A DNA stretch of 32,779 nucleotides from NCBI RefSeq assembly GCF_001194135.2, contig NC_068983.1:30103168-30135946 (forward strand), written 5' to 3'. The notes beneath the pieces were generated by a model that saw only the letters and a list, made by a program, of their open reading frames with translations, had not been told where the DNA came from and did no database searches. A program made the position numbers and the translations under genes. Source of the DNA: Octopus bimaculoides. Taxonomy: Eukaryota. Below, piece by piece: positions 9,232 to 22,200 of this stretch. Every line of letters begins with the position of its first letter. The stretch's first letter is position 1.

Positions 9232-9306
9232 ATGTTACATGAACTTTTATTCGCCTTATCCGGTTACCCTGGAAACATATTTGTCGATAATGGTGATAAA
9301 ATACAG
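9232..9306 (+). CDS. TUBGCP4: TUBGCP4 exon 1
   Basis: MLHELLFALSGYPGNIFVDNGDKIQ|gtacac. Confidence 0.93.
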
Positions 9307-11920
9307 GTACACTATATCACAATTTCCTTTGTTATTGAACTTATATCAAGACAAACTGACGTAGTCTTTGTGGACGATCGGCGTGCTGAAAATACCAGCC
9401 AAATGTCTTTAAAATCTCACCCTATCTTCTTAAATAAGGAAATGATTGGATGGTCATGGCTAGTTTGTCTTTGATCATGGGTTATACAGCTATAATTGTC
9501 TAAGAATTTACGCGTGTCTCTTAACAGTTCATTGTAATAGAGGGAAAAGTAAAAGATTGTGCACTTGCCATAAATAAATGAAGTGAAATGAGAAATGCTG
9601 GCAACGAAATGTTTACTTTTGTGACAAGTGTTTTATGTTTGCATAATTTTAAGATTTTTGTCAATGAGTTTTTGTTGTTTAGCTAGAGATCTACTTTGAT
9701 TGTACAGCATTTAAAATAACAGAAATCGACTTATGTCGTGAAGAAGGTGCAACATTCTAAGGCTGATACACTGTATAACATACATTTGACAATTCCATAT
9801 CAGAATGTACCAAATAGTGATCAACTAGACACATATGGCATATCTGAAACTATAGACCTGTGGCTCTTGCTTGGCCGATTTCGAACGTGACAAAGATCGG
9901 TTCGATCACTGCTGACCGGAGTTACGTAGCAACGGCATTCACCTCTTTAGGTCAGAATGTGCAGTATCGTTGTCAAATGAACAAAAGTACATATCCCATA
10001 GCTTTGGATCGTGTTCGTCATTCGGCTGCTTATTAACGGACGGAATTCTGGTTTAAGCATCCCATATAACTTCTCATAACTTTTTTCACTTTTTGGAATT
10101 TTTTTCAGGGACGGGATTTAAAAAAAAATTTTTTTTTTGCCTAACTATGGATTTCTGTGTGTAGGATACAAATTCGCAAAACTTTTTGAAAATTGTCCCA
10201 AAATAAGGTTATGAGAGGTTATATAGGGTACTTAAACTTGAATACCGCCTATTAACATACCATAGGTTTCCTTGATCAGGACTGACTAGGGGGGGGGGCA
10301 TCATAACTTTTTTCAACTTGAGGGTGGACAGTCGATATACAACAGGTTACATGCGTTCTTGTATTTTCTTTTGCAACCATTAAATGTGAAACCAATAAAG
10401 TTACACACTGTTTCGTAACAATAAGAAATGTTGGTATCAAAAAAGGTTAACTCTTTTGATACCGACCTGCTTGAGACTGTCCCCTGGGACTGTGAGACAA
10501 ACCTTGAAATTGATTTAATTTTAAACCTCCTATCAAAGTTTCATATTAGTTTATGTTTCAAAATAATGGCAAAGTTATTTGACTAAATTCTTCTTTATTT
10601 TTGAAGTTAATTAAAGCGAAGGTAGTTTATTTCAACAGCAATATGGTAATGAAAGGGTTGGATGTTTTTTTAATGAAATTCTTATGCTATTAATGGGAAC
10701 CTCTGCCTTGTAACTGGGTTTGGTACGATAATGCTTTGCCTGACAGTCCCTGTAACAGAGCAACAATGGTAAGCTGTTAACCAATCAACCAGACAAAGGT
10801 GGCATCCCAGCATGGTCACGGCTTAGTGGTTACCACCAGGTAAAACAATCATATAACTTCTATAATCATCATTTAACGTCCGTTGTCCATGCTGGCATAG
10901 GCTGGACAGTTTGATCAGGGCTGGCAAGCTGAATGGTGGCGGGCTGCACCAGAGTCAAGGCTGGTTTGGCATGGTTTCTACAGCTTGATGCCCTTTCTAA
11001 CGCTAAACACTTTACAGAGTGTGTTGGGTGCTTTTATGTGGCACCGCCACGTTTACCTTTGTTGAAATGCATGTTTTTTGTCTCAAACTTTTGTAGATAA
11101 TTCTAACCTCAGCCAAATGATACATGATAAAAGTGTGTGGGGAGACTCGTTAGTACTACCTCAGACAACATCACTGGAACCCATGCCATTATAAAATATC
11201 TAGTCCATGCTGTAGATCTGTTGGCTAGGTAGGGTATCCAGTTGTGAAAATCTTGTAACATACCCAACAGTAAAGATTTCTTATTGTGCATGCGATAGTG
11301 AATGCCCATGGCAAGTGACAAGTCACTGTACTGGAACAGACTACCCAACCATGCCAACGCAAAAAGAAAACAGATACAAGCATGGCTGTGTGGTTAGAAG
11401 CTTGCTTTCCAAACACGGAACAGGTTCAATTCCACTGCATGGCACCTTGGGTAAGTGTCTTTTAACTATAGCCCTTGGGCCGACCAAAGCCTTTGAATGG
11501 ATTTGGTAGACAGAAACTGAAAGAAGCCTGTTGTGTGTATATTTAGGTATGTACACACAAACATACACACACATATATATATATCTGATGATATCTATAA
11601 AGTTTAAAATAATGTTCATTACATATTTTTCCTTTATTGGAGCAAATATGGCTTACAGCTGTTTCTAGTAGTCATTATAGGTACATGACAGACAGGTTTA
11701 CTCACTTGGTCTATTGATCAATTGAGAAAAATTGAACGACTTAAGAAAATTAATGCTACTTTCATCAGAGCCATTTCTGGTTATAACAAGCAGAGAATTG
11801 AAGGGATGGCTAAGATCACCTGGAGTTCTTCACTAATCTAAGTATTATTGTTGGTATGGTGTACAAACAGAGAGCTTATGAAGTATTTTGCCCATATTGA
11901 TAACCCCTCACTATTAACTC

Positions 11921-11965
<45 letters not shown>

Positions 11966-12302
11966 AAATAAGCAGAAATCAAACTTTTGTTTATTCTGTT
12001 ATTACCTGTACCCTATGAGCATAATGTGCTTGCATACCCATGCCCAGTGATAACATAGGCAAATGATACTGGTAGTAAGAACGGATATTCTTATTCCTTA
12101 GATGGTTATTCCAACTGCTAACTCTACTTGCATGGCTGTGTGGCTAGGAAGCTTGCTTCCCAGCTACATGGTTTCGGGTTCAGTCTTCTGCTATAGCCCC
12201 GGGCCGACCGAAACTTTGTGATTGAATTTGGTTGGCGGAAGTTACTGCCGCGTGTGTATATGTCTGTGTATGTACCTGTGCCTCTCCGAAAGAGAGAGAG
12301 GG

Positions 12303-12337
<35 letters not shown>

Positions 12338-15300
12338 TATATATGTGTGTGTGTAGATCTGTGTGTCTTTATGTCTGTGTTTGTCTCCCTTCCCCACTGC
12401 TTGACAATTGGTGTTGGTGTGTTTACATCCCTGTAAATCATCAGGTAAAGTTACTGATAGAATAAGTACAAGGCTTCAAAAAATAAAGCACTAAGGTTGA
12501 TTCATTCAAGTAAAAATTCTTCAAGGTGGTGCCCTAGCATGGCTACAATCAAATGACTGAAATAAATGAAAGATAAAATGAGGTAAAATTATTTATATAT
12601 TATAGGTTCAAAAAGGACTTCCCTTTTTACATTCTGCTGAGGAAAAAGCTCTGAATCGTCTCTGTCAGTTGGCCACCCATTTTAAGATGTTTAAAGGATT
12701 CATAAACAAATACTGTAAGTTTGCATTTAGATGTTCCTATCTCTTTAGAATTTTAATTATTTTGTTGTTATATCCGTGGAGGCGCAATGGCCCAGTGGTT
12801 AGGGCAGCAGACTCGCGGTCATAGGATCGCGGTTTTGATTCCCAGACCGGGCGTTGTGAGTGTTTATTGAGCGAAAACACCTAAAAGCTCCACAAGGCTC
12901 TGGCAGGGGATGGTGGCGAACCCTGCTGTACTCTTCCACCACAACTTTCTCTCACTCTTACTTCCTGTTTCTGTTGTGCCTGTAATTCAAAGGGTCAGCC
13001 TTGTTACACTGTGTCACGCTGAATATCCCCGAGAACTACGTTAAGGGTACACGTATCTGTGGAGTGCTCAGCCACTTGCACGTTAACTTCCCGAGCAGGC
13101 TGTTCCATTGATCGGATCAACTGGAACCCTCATCGTCGTAAGCGACAAAGTGCCAACAAAAAAAAAATGTTTACAAGGGGGAGACAAGCACCTCCACCCA
13201 GCTAAGCCTGCATCCAGAGACATGTTTCTGAGTCTTTGCTCGTCATCAGTCTGGAGTAGCATGACTTGCTAGTCAAAGATGCCTATCAAGCTCTTGTAAA
13301 CATATAATAATTCTAGTGAAATACATTCACTGATTTCAAATTTATTATTTCTAAATGTGTAAATGTATATGTCATCTTTTATTTTTCAGCTTTCTGCAAT
13401 TTTCATCCAGATAGTGCTGGTTCAACAACTGGTGAAATGCATGGTATCTACCTGATGTTTTTATGTAGTGGATTAAATACTTTGCTAGAGGACTACCAGA
13501 ATGACATTTTGGAACTTGAGAAATCTGCCTTAGCTGATCCACACCTTCCTGTCAGTGAAGTCCTTCTCAAACTTCAACATGTAAGATGTTTTTTAGACAT
13601 TTAATTATTGAGTTAGTTGAGTGGTTATTGTGTATGGGGATACTTCCTTGCATATCTTCTGTTCAAACCCTAAACAAACAAAGACAATGATTTCATGTTG
13701 CTGTTTAACCCCTGCCATGTAAAAATCGCCTGTGCAGGTGTCATGTAAATCATCATCATCATCATCGTTTAACGTCCGCTTCCCATGCTAGCATGGGTTG
13801 GACGATTTGACTGGAGACTGGCGAACCAGATGGCTACACCAGGCTCCAATCTGATTTGGCAGAATTTCTACAGCTGGATGCCCTTCCTAACGCCAACCAC
13901 TCAGAGAGTGTAGTGGGTGCTTTTACGTGTCACCCGCACGAAGGCCAGTCAAGCGGTACTGGCAACGGCCACGCTCAAAATGGTGTATTTTATGTGCCAC
14001 CCGCACAAGAGCCAGTCCAGGGGCACTGGCAACGATCTCTCTCAAAAATCCTTACACATGTCACGGGCACAAGTGCCAGAAAGGTGACGCTGGGCACAGG
14101 TGCTATCCCGATTTTGCTTTCGCTTGCCCCAATAAGCAGCTGAAAAGCATCCATGCTGGTGTCACATGTGAAGTACCTGTGCTAGTGCAATATAAAGAGC
14201 ACCCACTACACTGTAAAGTGGTTGGTGTTAGGAAGGGCATCTGGCCATAGAAACCATGTTAAAACAGACAATTGGAGCCCGGTGCAGCTGTTCTGCTAGC
14301 CAGCTCCTGTCAAACCATCCAACCCATGCCAGCAAGGAAAATGGATGTTAAATGATGATAATGAATCTAGGATGAATGTGTCTTTCCTTTTTCCACTCAG
14401 GCACAGGCATCATCATCATCATCATCATCGTCGTTTAACGTCCGCTTTCCATGCTAGCATGGGTTGGACGATTTGACTGAGGACTGGTGAAACCGGATGG
14501 CAACACCAGGCTCCAATCTAATTTGGCAGAGTTTCTACAGCTGGATGCCCTTCCTAACGCCAACCACTCAGAGAGTGTAGTGGGTGCTTTTACGTGTCAC
14601 CCGCACGAAAACGGCCACGCTCGAAATGGTGTCTTTTATGTGCCNNNNNNNNNNNNNNNNNNNNNNNNNNNNNNNNNNNNNNNNNNNNNNNNNNNNNNNN
14701 NNNNNNNNNNNNNNNNNNNNNNNNNNNNNNNNNNNNNNNNNNNNNNNNNNNNNNNNNNNNNNNNNNNNNNNNNNNNNNNNNNNNNNNNNNNNNNNNNNNN
14801 NNNNNNNNNNNNNNNNNNNNNNNNNNNNNNNNNNNNNNNNNNNNNNNNNNNNNNNNNNNNNNNNNNNNNNNNNNNNNNNNNNNNNNNNNNNNNNNNNNNN
14901 NNNNNNNNNNNNNNNNNNNNNNNNNNNNNNNNNNNNNNNNNNNNTTCACGCAGCTATCCTCCTCCATTCTCACCACATGTCCATACCAGCGCAATCGTCT
15001 CTCTTGCACGCCACAACTGATGCTTCTAATGTTCAGCTTTTCTCTCAAGATACTTACACTCTGACGGGTATTCACATTGACATTACACATCCAACGGAGC
15101 ATACTGGCTTCATTCCTTGCGAGCTTACGTATGTCCTCAGCAGTTACAGCCCATGTTTCACTGCCATGTAGCATGGCTGTTCGTACGCATGCGTCATACA
15201 GTCTGCCTTTTACTCTGAGTGAGAGTCCCTTTGTCGCCAGCAGGGCTAAGAGCTCTCTAAACTTTGCCCAGGCTATTGGCTGTGTGATTAAGAAGTTTGC

Positions 15301-16089
15301 TTCTAAACCTCTTGGTTTCAGGTTCAGTCCTACTGTGTGCTACTTTAGTTTCAAGTGTCTTCTACTATAACCCTGGATTAGCCAAAACTCAGAATGTAAA
15401 GGCAGACGAAATACTGCTAAGCATTTCGCCCAGCATTCTAACGTTTCTTATTTCTTTATTGCCCACAAGGGGCTAAATACAGAGGGGACAAACAAGGACA
15501 GTCAAAGGGATTAAGTCGATTACATTGGCCCCAGTGCGTAACTGGTACTTAATTTATCAACCCTGAAAGGATGAAAGGCAAAGTTGACCTCGGCGGAATT
15601 TGAACTCAGAATGTAACGGCAGACAAAATACCACTAAGCATTTCGCCTGGCATGCTAGCGCTTCTGCCAGCTCACCGCCTTTCACACACCACATATTAGT
15701 TGGCCCATAACTACAGCAGAAGATACTTTCTAAAAGTACTTCACTGACTGAACTATATGATAACAAAATGAAGTCTGTATCCTCACAGGCATGCGTGTGC
15801 TTCCATATTTTATTAATATATTTGAATGATAATAAAATGTCTAAATAATATTGATGTTTTTATATATTTGATTTTTTTCAGTATGAACTGCTGTTTCCTG
15901 CATTGTCCTCTTTCTTGACAGAACTTAAACAACATGAGGTACAACTTTCATTATATAACATCATCATCTTCACAATTATCATTGTTTTAACATTGCAGAC
16001 TATTGGAAATAAACAACATTGCTTGTGTGACAGTGGCACCCATTTACAAATATCACATGATATCAAGACAAGGAAACCCAAACCTTCAT

Positions 16090-16132
<43 letters not shown>

Positions 16133-16179
16133 TACACATAGACACAAATACACACACACATACACACATACAGACACAC

Positions 16180-16216
<37 letters not shown>

Positions 16217-19200
16217 GCTTCTTTCAGTTTCTATCTACCAAACCCACTCATAAGGCTTCAATCAGCCAGGATCTATAGTAGAAGACATTTGCTCAAAGTA
16301 CCACACAGAGGAACTGAGCCTAAAACCATTTGGTTAGAAAGCAAGCTACTTAACCACACAGCCTGCACCTCTGTATAATACCTGTGTCTCTGTGAATCAT
16401 CTCAATGTGCCACTTGGTTGCCTCCTTTATGCCACATGTGTGTATACTGTGATTGGGAATGGGTAAAATTGCAATTGTTGGTGTAATTTGTTGAGGCAGA
16501 TTTTCTATGACTGCATGCCTTTTCTAACAACAACCCTCACTTGTTTCAAAGCAAGGTAATATTTCCCCATTACCAGACATGCTTTCATTTAAGTTTAGAA
16601 GTGCGTGACACTATTTGTATGATGAGGATATTCATTTATAATGATTTTGTGATGTCAAGACAAGGAGACTTCCTCCTTTGTTCTGTCCGCATATGCATTT
16701 GTCTATTTTGATCTCCATTTTATTACCAATTGAGCAAGACAGTGGTGATGTTTACATTCTTTGTTGGCATTACATTCTTTGTAGACACAGGAGTGGCTGT
16801 GTGGTAAGTAGCTCGCTTACCAACCACATGGTTCTGGGTTCAGTCCCACTGCGTTGCACCTTGGGCAAGTGTCTCCTACTATAGCCTCGGGCCAACCAAA
16901 GCCTTGTGAGCGGATTTGGTAGACGGAAACTGAAAGAAGCCCGTCGTATATATATATATATATATACCGGAGTAAGCACATGAAATGTGCAACAAGGTGG
17001 AAAAAAGAGTACTCAAATACCAGAGGTAGAGTAATATGCTTTATTTAAAAGCAGCATAAATATAACAAAAAAACCGTTACTCTGAGTTTCACGTTCCCGT
17101 TCATCGGACAGTTTTGTTAGNNNNNNNNNNNNNNNNNNNNNNNNNNNNNNNNNNNNNNNNNNNNNNNNNNNNNNNNNNNNNNNNNNNNNNNNNNNNNNNN
17201 NNNNNNNNNNNNNNNNNNNNNNNNNNNNNNNNNNNNNNNNNNNNNNNNNNNNNNNNNNNNNNNNNNNNNNNNNNNNNNNNNNNNNNNNNNNNNNNNNNNN
17301 NNNNNNNNNNNNNNNNNNNNNNNNNNNNNNNNNNNNNNNNNNNNNNNNNNNNNNNNNNNNNNNNNNNNNNNNNNNNNNNNNNNNNNNNNNNNNNNNNNNN
17401 NNNNNNNNNNNNNNNNNNNNNNNNNNNNNNNNNNNNNNNNNNNNNNNNNNNNNNNNNNNNNNNNNNNNNNNNNNNNNNNNNNNNNNNNNNNNNNNNNNNN
17501 NNNNNNNNNNNNNNNNNNNNNNNNNNNNNNNNNNNNNNNNNNNNNNNNNNNNNNNNNNNNNNNNNNNNNNNNNNNNNNNNNNNNNNNNNNNNNNNNNNNN
17601 NNNNNNNNNNNNNNNNNNNNNNNNNNNNNNNNNNNNNNNNNNNNNNNNNNNNNNNNNNNNNNNNNNNNNNNNNNNNNNNNNNNNNNNNNNNNNNNNNNNN
17701 NNNNNNNNNNNNNNNNNNNNNNNNNNNNNNNNNNNNNNNNNNNNNNNNNNNNNNNNNNNNNNNNNNNNNNNNNNNNNNNNNNNNNNNNNNNNNNNNNNNN
17801 NNNNNNNNNNNNNNNNNNNNNNNNNNNNNNNNNNNNNNNNNNNNCATCGAAATACACAGTTGCATACGCACAAACAATCTACGTATATAGGCCTATATTT
17901 ACAAGGCACAGATATATACATAAGTACAAATCTACACACATATACACACACACGCATTTAAGTTTGCGCGTGAAAAACCTATGTGCTGGTAACGAAAATT
18001 GTATCTTAAGCTATGGAGTGGAGGAGTAAAGAGTAACGTATCTATAATAACGTTAAATATAGGANNNNNNNNNNATCATAACAGCATATGCACAAGTGCA
18101 AACCCAGGCCCTATATGTAAGCGCAGGTACATGCATATGAATACTTAAGTGCTGTAACTATACAGACATCTACATAAAGAAACCATTAGATCTCGGTGTA
18201 TATATGCAGCCAACTTCTTAAATAAACCGCTGGGTGTATAAAAGTTAAAACCAGGCGAAAGTACATGCATAAAAGAATACAAAGCGTTTTTTTTTTTAAA
18301 TAAATAGAATAGAATGAAGTAAAAAGTAAAAACAAGGGAGAAGAAAAATTATGTATATAACAGACGAAGGTTTTCTTAAAATGATGCAGGGGTCTTTACA
18401 AAATTCTTACAACGCTAAATAAATCATTTATAATTTGGTACCAATCCAATAGCCAGATTGCACAATGGTTATAAGGATTCGATCATAGTCAAAAATTACC
18501 CATATGGAATATTACATGCAGACATTTTAAATTTGGATGCATGCCTACATGTGTTTAAAAGTTCGCGTCTTTGGTTTAGCGCCTTCTTATCCTGGAACAA
18601 GATATTCATTTTTTCCAATAAACAAAGATCACATTTCAATGGTCTCTTATGGGCACCGTGTCTGTAAGGCGATGCTTTGCCTAAAATCCTCCATGTCACG
18701 TTGAAAGGCTGGGCTTCATTCTCCTTTAAATGCCAGATGTATTTTGCCAGGCTCGTCTTTGTCCTATTTTCAGGGTACCTAAAAAAATTTTTATGCGAAT
18801 ACAGTCTGGTTTTGAAAGAATTTTCTGTAGCCCCTGTATATGTTCTATAATCATGCGAGCCNNNNNNNNNNNNNNNNNNNNNNNNNNNNNNNNNNNNNNN
18901 NNNNNNNNNNNNNNNNNNNNNNNNNNNNNNNNNNNNNNNNNNNNNNNNNNNNNNNNNNNNNNNNNNNNNNNNNNNNNNNNNNNNNNNNNNNNNNNNNNNN
19001 NNNNNNNNNNNNNNNNNNNNNNNNNNNNNNNNNNNNNNNNNNNNNNNNNNNNNNNNNNNNNNNNNNNNNNNNNNNNNNNNNNNNNNNNNNNNNNNNNNNN
19101 NNNNNNNNNNNNNNNNNNNNNNNNNNNNNNNNNNNNNNNNNNNNNNNNNNNNNNNNNNNNNNNNNNNNNNNNNNNNNNNNNNNNNNNNNNNNNNNNNNNN

Positions 19201-22200
19201 GCGAAGTTTATATATATGTATGTGTGTGTATATGTTTGTGTGTCTATGTTTGTCCCACCAACATCGCTTGACAACCAATGCTGGTGTGTTTACGTCCCCG
19301 TAACTTAGCGGTTCGGCAAAAGAGATCAATAGAATAAGTACTAGGCTTACAAAGAGTAAGTCCTGGGGTTGATTTGCTTGACTAAAGGCGGCGCCCCAGC
19401 ATGGCCGCAGTTAAATGACTGAAACAAGTAAAAGAGTATTATGACCCTTTTCAAGAACTCTGGAATAAAACAAAAAAAAAAAAAAGAAAATTCCTTATTT
19501 GAAAACATTTAATGGTTGGTAACAAGAAGAAAATCTGTCTGTCAAACCCTGTTTCAGATAACTCCTCATCCAAATCCTTATTAGCATGGCAAAAATAGAC
19601 TTTAAACAAACAAGCAGTATTACTTTAACTTAGTCATACTAACTTAATATTTAATTTTTATGTTCTGAGGTCGATAAAATAAGTACCAGTTGAGTACTAG
19701 GGGTCATTGTAATGACTTACCTCTTCTCCTGAACTTGCTGGCCTTGTGCCAAAATTTGAAACAAATTTAATAAACGTTACTTATTACATTAATAAATTAA
19801 CATTAATTATTACTTCTAGGCTCATGGTTGTTATATCTTGGACAGAATTCATAAAGCTTCCATCTCTGGTATACCAGTTGTGAAGCAGACTTTTGAAAGG
19901 TAAGTGTACTTTTACCATTTGCCAAGCACTTTTGACAGCTAAGTGTACTTATTTGAAAATTATAGAACTGAGAAAATTATATTTGATGGTTTTATATTCT
20001 GAATTCCCCACCATGAGTGTTCAGATGTTTGAGCAAATGAACATCTAAACTTGATGAATTAGCATGTAAGTGGCTGAGTATTCCACAGACGTGTACTTGT
20101 CATGAAAACCCACAGCTTAGTGGTTAGGATATTTGGCTCGATTTCTGGCAGAGTGTTGTGTTCTTAAGCAAGACACTTTACTGTGTGTTTGATTGTGATT
20201 CCTTGTCTTAGCATTGCATGCTAGTTGTAAACAAACATCACTGTTACCAAAGCAGTCATTCATTTGCAATCTTCTATGAATACATGTCTGGCCATTGTGG
20301 TGGCCTAGGGGAAATATTACCTTACTTAGAAACAGGTGAGGTTTGGTTACAGAAGGGCTGTCAACCAAAGAAATGTGCCTTGACAAATTTCATCTGATCC
20401 ATAGAAGCGCAAAATAATAGACATTAAAATGATAATGATGAGGTTGATTATATATATATATGAGGGGCACTGAAAAGTTACTGACTTTAAGGGTATCGTG
20501 AGAAGCCTGGTTGGGGGGCTCAACCTTCTGAGTTCTTTTACAGGGCTCAGAAAAACTGAAGGACTGCTGTAGTAAGTGTGTGAGTCTGAGAGGGGAATAT
20601 GTTCAATAAAATCATAATTAACTGATCCTCTTGTATTTTCTTTTGCCTAAAGCCAAGAACTTTACAGCACCCCATCATGTATGTACATACATCACACACA
20701 CACGCATACACACACATGCGCGCACTGGTTTCAGTAGTCAATTTCGATTTAAAATTCTTAGTCTGTGGTTGTGAAATAAGTATTCTGTTTCTGTTGTGAA
20801 TGGGTATTAGTGCTGCTATCACCATTTATGTTACAAGCATAGTGATGTATTAGCTAGAAATCTCTATATATCCAGATACATCTAAATATCCCTCAAACTA
20901 TACTCTCATCTGAAGTCAGGCTGTATTAGATGAGTTGGTCATGACTGGAACTATAGTGGTGGCTGCTGTTGCTTTGTAGATGACTTGAGTTTTATTTCTA
21001 TTTCAGTTTACTTTCAACCTGTCATGGACCATTGTTTAAACATCTTTGTGCTTGGATGTTGTATGGCAAACTAATGGATCCATATAAGGAATTCTTCATC
21101 CAGGAGAGCCATGAAGCCAATGCTAGAAGTTGTGAACAGGAAGAAAATAATCAAGATGCCAAGGTAATTGCTATAGTTCCAGGAAGACATGGGAAAAAGT
21201 GGTGAGAAAGGATCTACAGGCGTTGGGACTCACAGAGGGGTTGACGGAGGACCGAAACTCCTGGTGGTTTGCTGTGCTTGAAAAGACACATCATCATCAT
21301 CGTTTAATGTCCGCTTTCCATGCTAGCATGGGTTGGACGATTTGACTGAGGACTGGTGAAACCAGATGGCTACACCAGGCTCCAATCTGATTTGGCAGAG
21401 TTTCTACAGCTGGATGCCCTTCCTACCGCCAACCACTCAGAGAGTGTAGTGGGTGCTTTTACGTGTCACCCGCACGAAGGCCAGTCAGGTGGTACTGGCA
21501 ACGGCCATGCTCAAAATGGTGTATTTTATGTGCCACCTGCACAGGAGCCAGTCCAGCGGCACTGGCAACGATCTCGCTCGAAAATCCTTACACATGTCAC
21601 GGGCACAAGTGCCAGAAAGGCGACGCTGGGCACAGAAGCATGGTTGCCCTTGCATACAGGCTGTTCCCTGCATCCCTTTCCAGCTGAGAATCCCTAATCT
21701 TGTGGGCTCATAGATGCTGGTACCATGTAAAAAGCACCTGAACTGGTATCATGTAAATGCACCTGTGCCATGCTGTGTAAAAGCACCCATTATACCTTGT
21801 AAAGTGGTTGGCGTTTGTAAGGGCATCCAGCTGTAGAAACCATGCTTAACCCTTTAGTGTTCAGATTATTCTATCAAACATAATGCTTATTGATTCACAT
21901 TGATTTGAATTAATCATGCATTATCTCATATTTTCAAGATCTTGATGGTGTAATTACTTAATGTAGAATAACATTGTAGGGTAGGTGTGATAGGCTGAAT
22001 CTGGCCAGTTTGAACATAAAACAGATTAAATATTTTGGCCGGATAAGGGTTAAACATAATTGGAGCCTGGGCGGCTCTTCAGCTGGCCAGCTCCGTCAAA
22101 CTGCCCAACCTATGCTTGCATGGAAAACAGTCAATTGATGACGATGATGCTTAGATTTTATTGTGCATGATTAAACATTCATTATGAACATTAATTTGAG

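Larger units (their letters stand above)
16785..19437 (+). mobile_element. SINE family C copy split by the PLE insertion
   Basis: 5' half 16785-16966 and 3' half 19209-19437 rejoin to match 30115-30522. Confidence 0.85.

Noticed and set aside
12778-12850. tRNA-like heads as real tRNA genes
   Set aside because: Only A/B boxes are retained, there is no complete cloverleaf, and each is followed by a SINE body repeated elsewhere.
17013-17957. Long ORFs in the track across 14645-14945, 17121-17844 and 18862-19200
   Set aside because: Length comes from N gaps; only the flanking RTE and GIY-YIG segments are real.
18300-18495. Possible SECIS in the PLE 3' UTR
   Set aside because: AUGA is present, but I found no matching GA quartet and apical AAR geometry.
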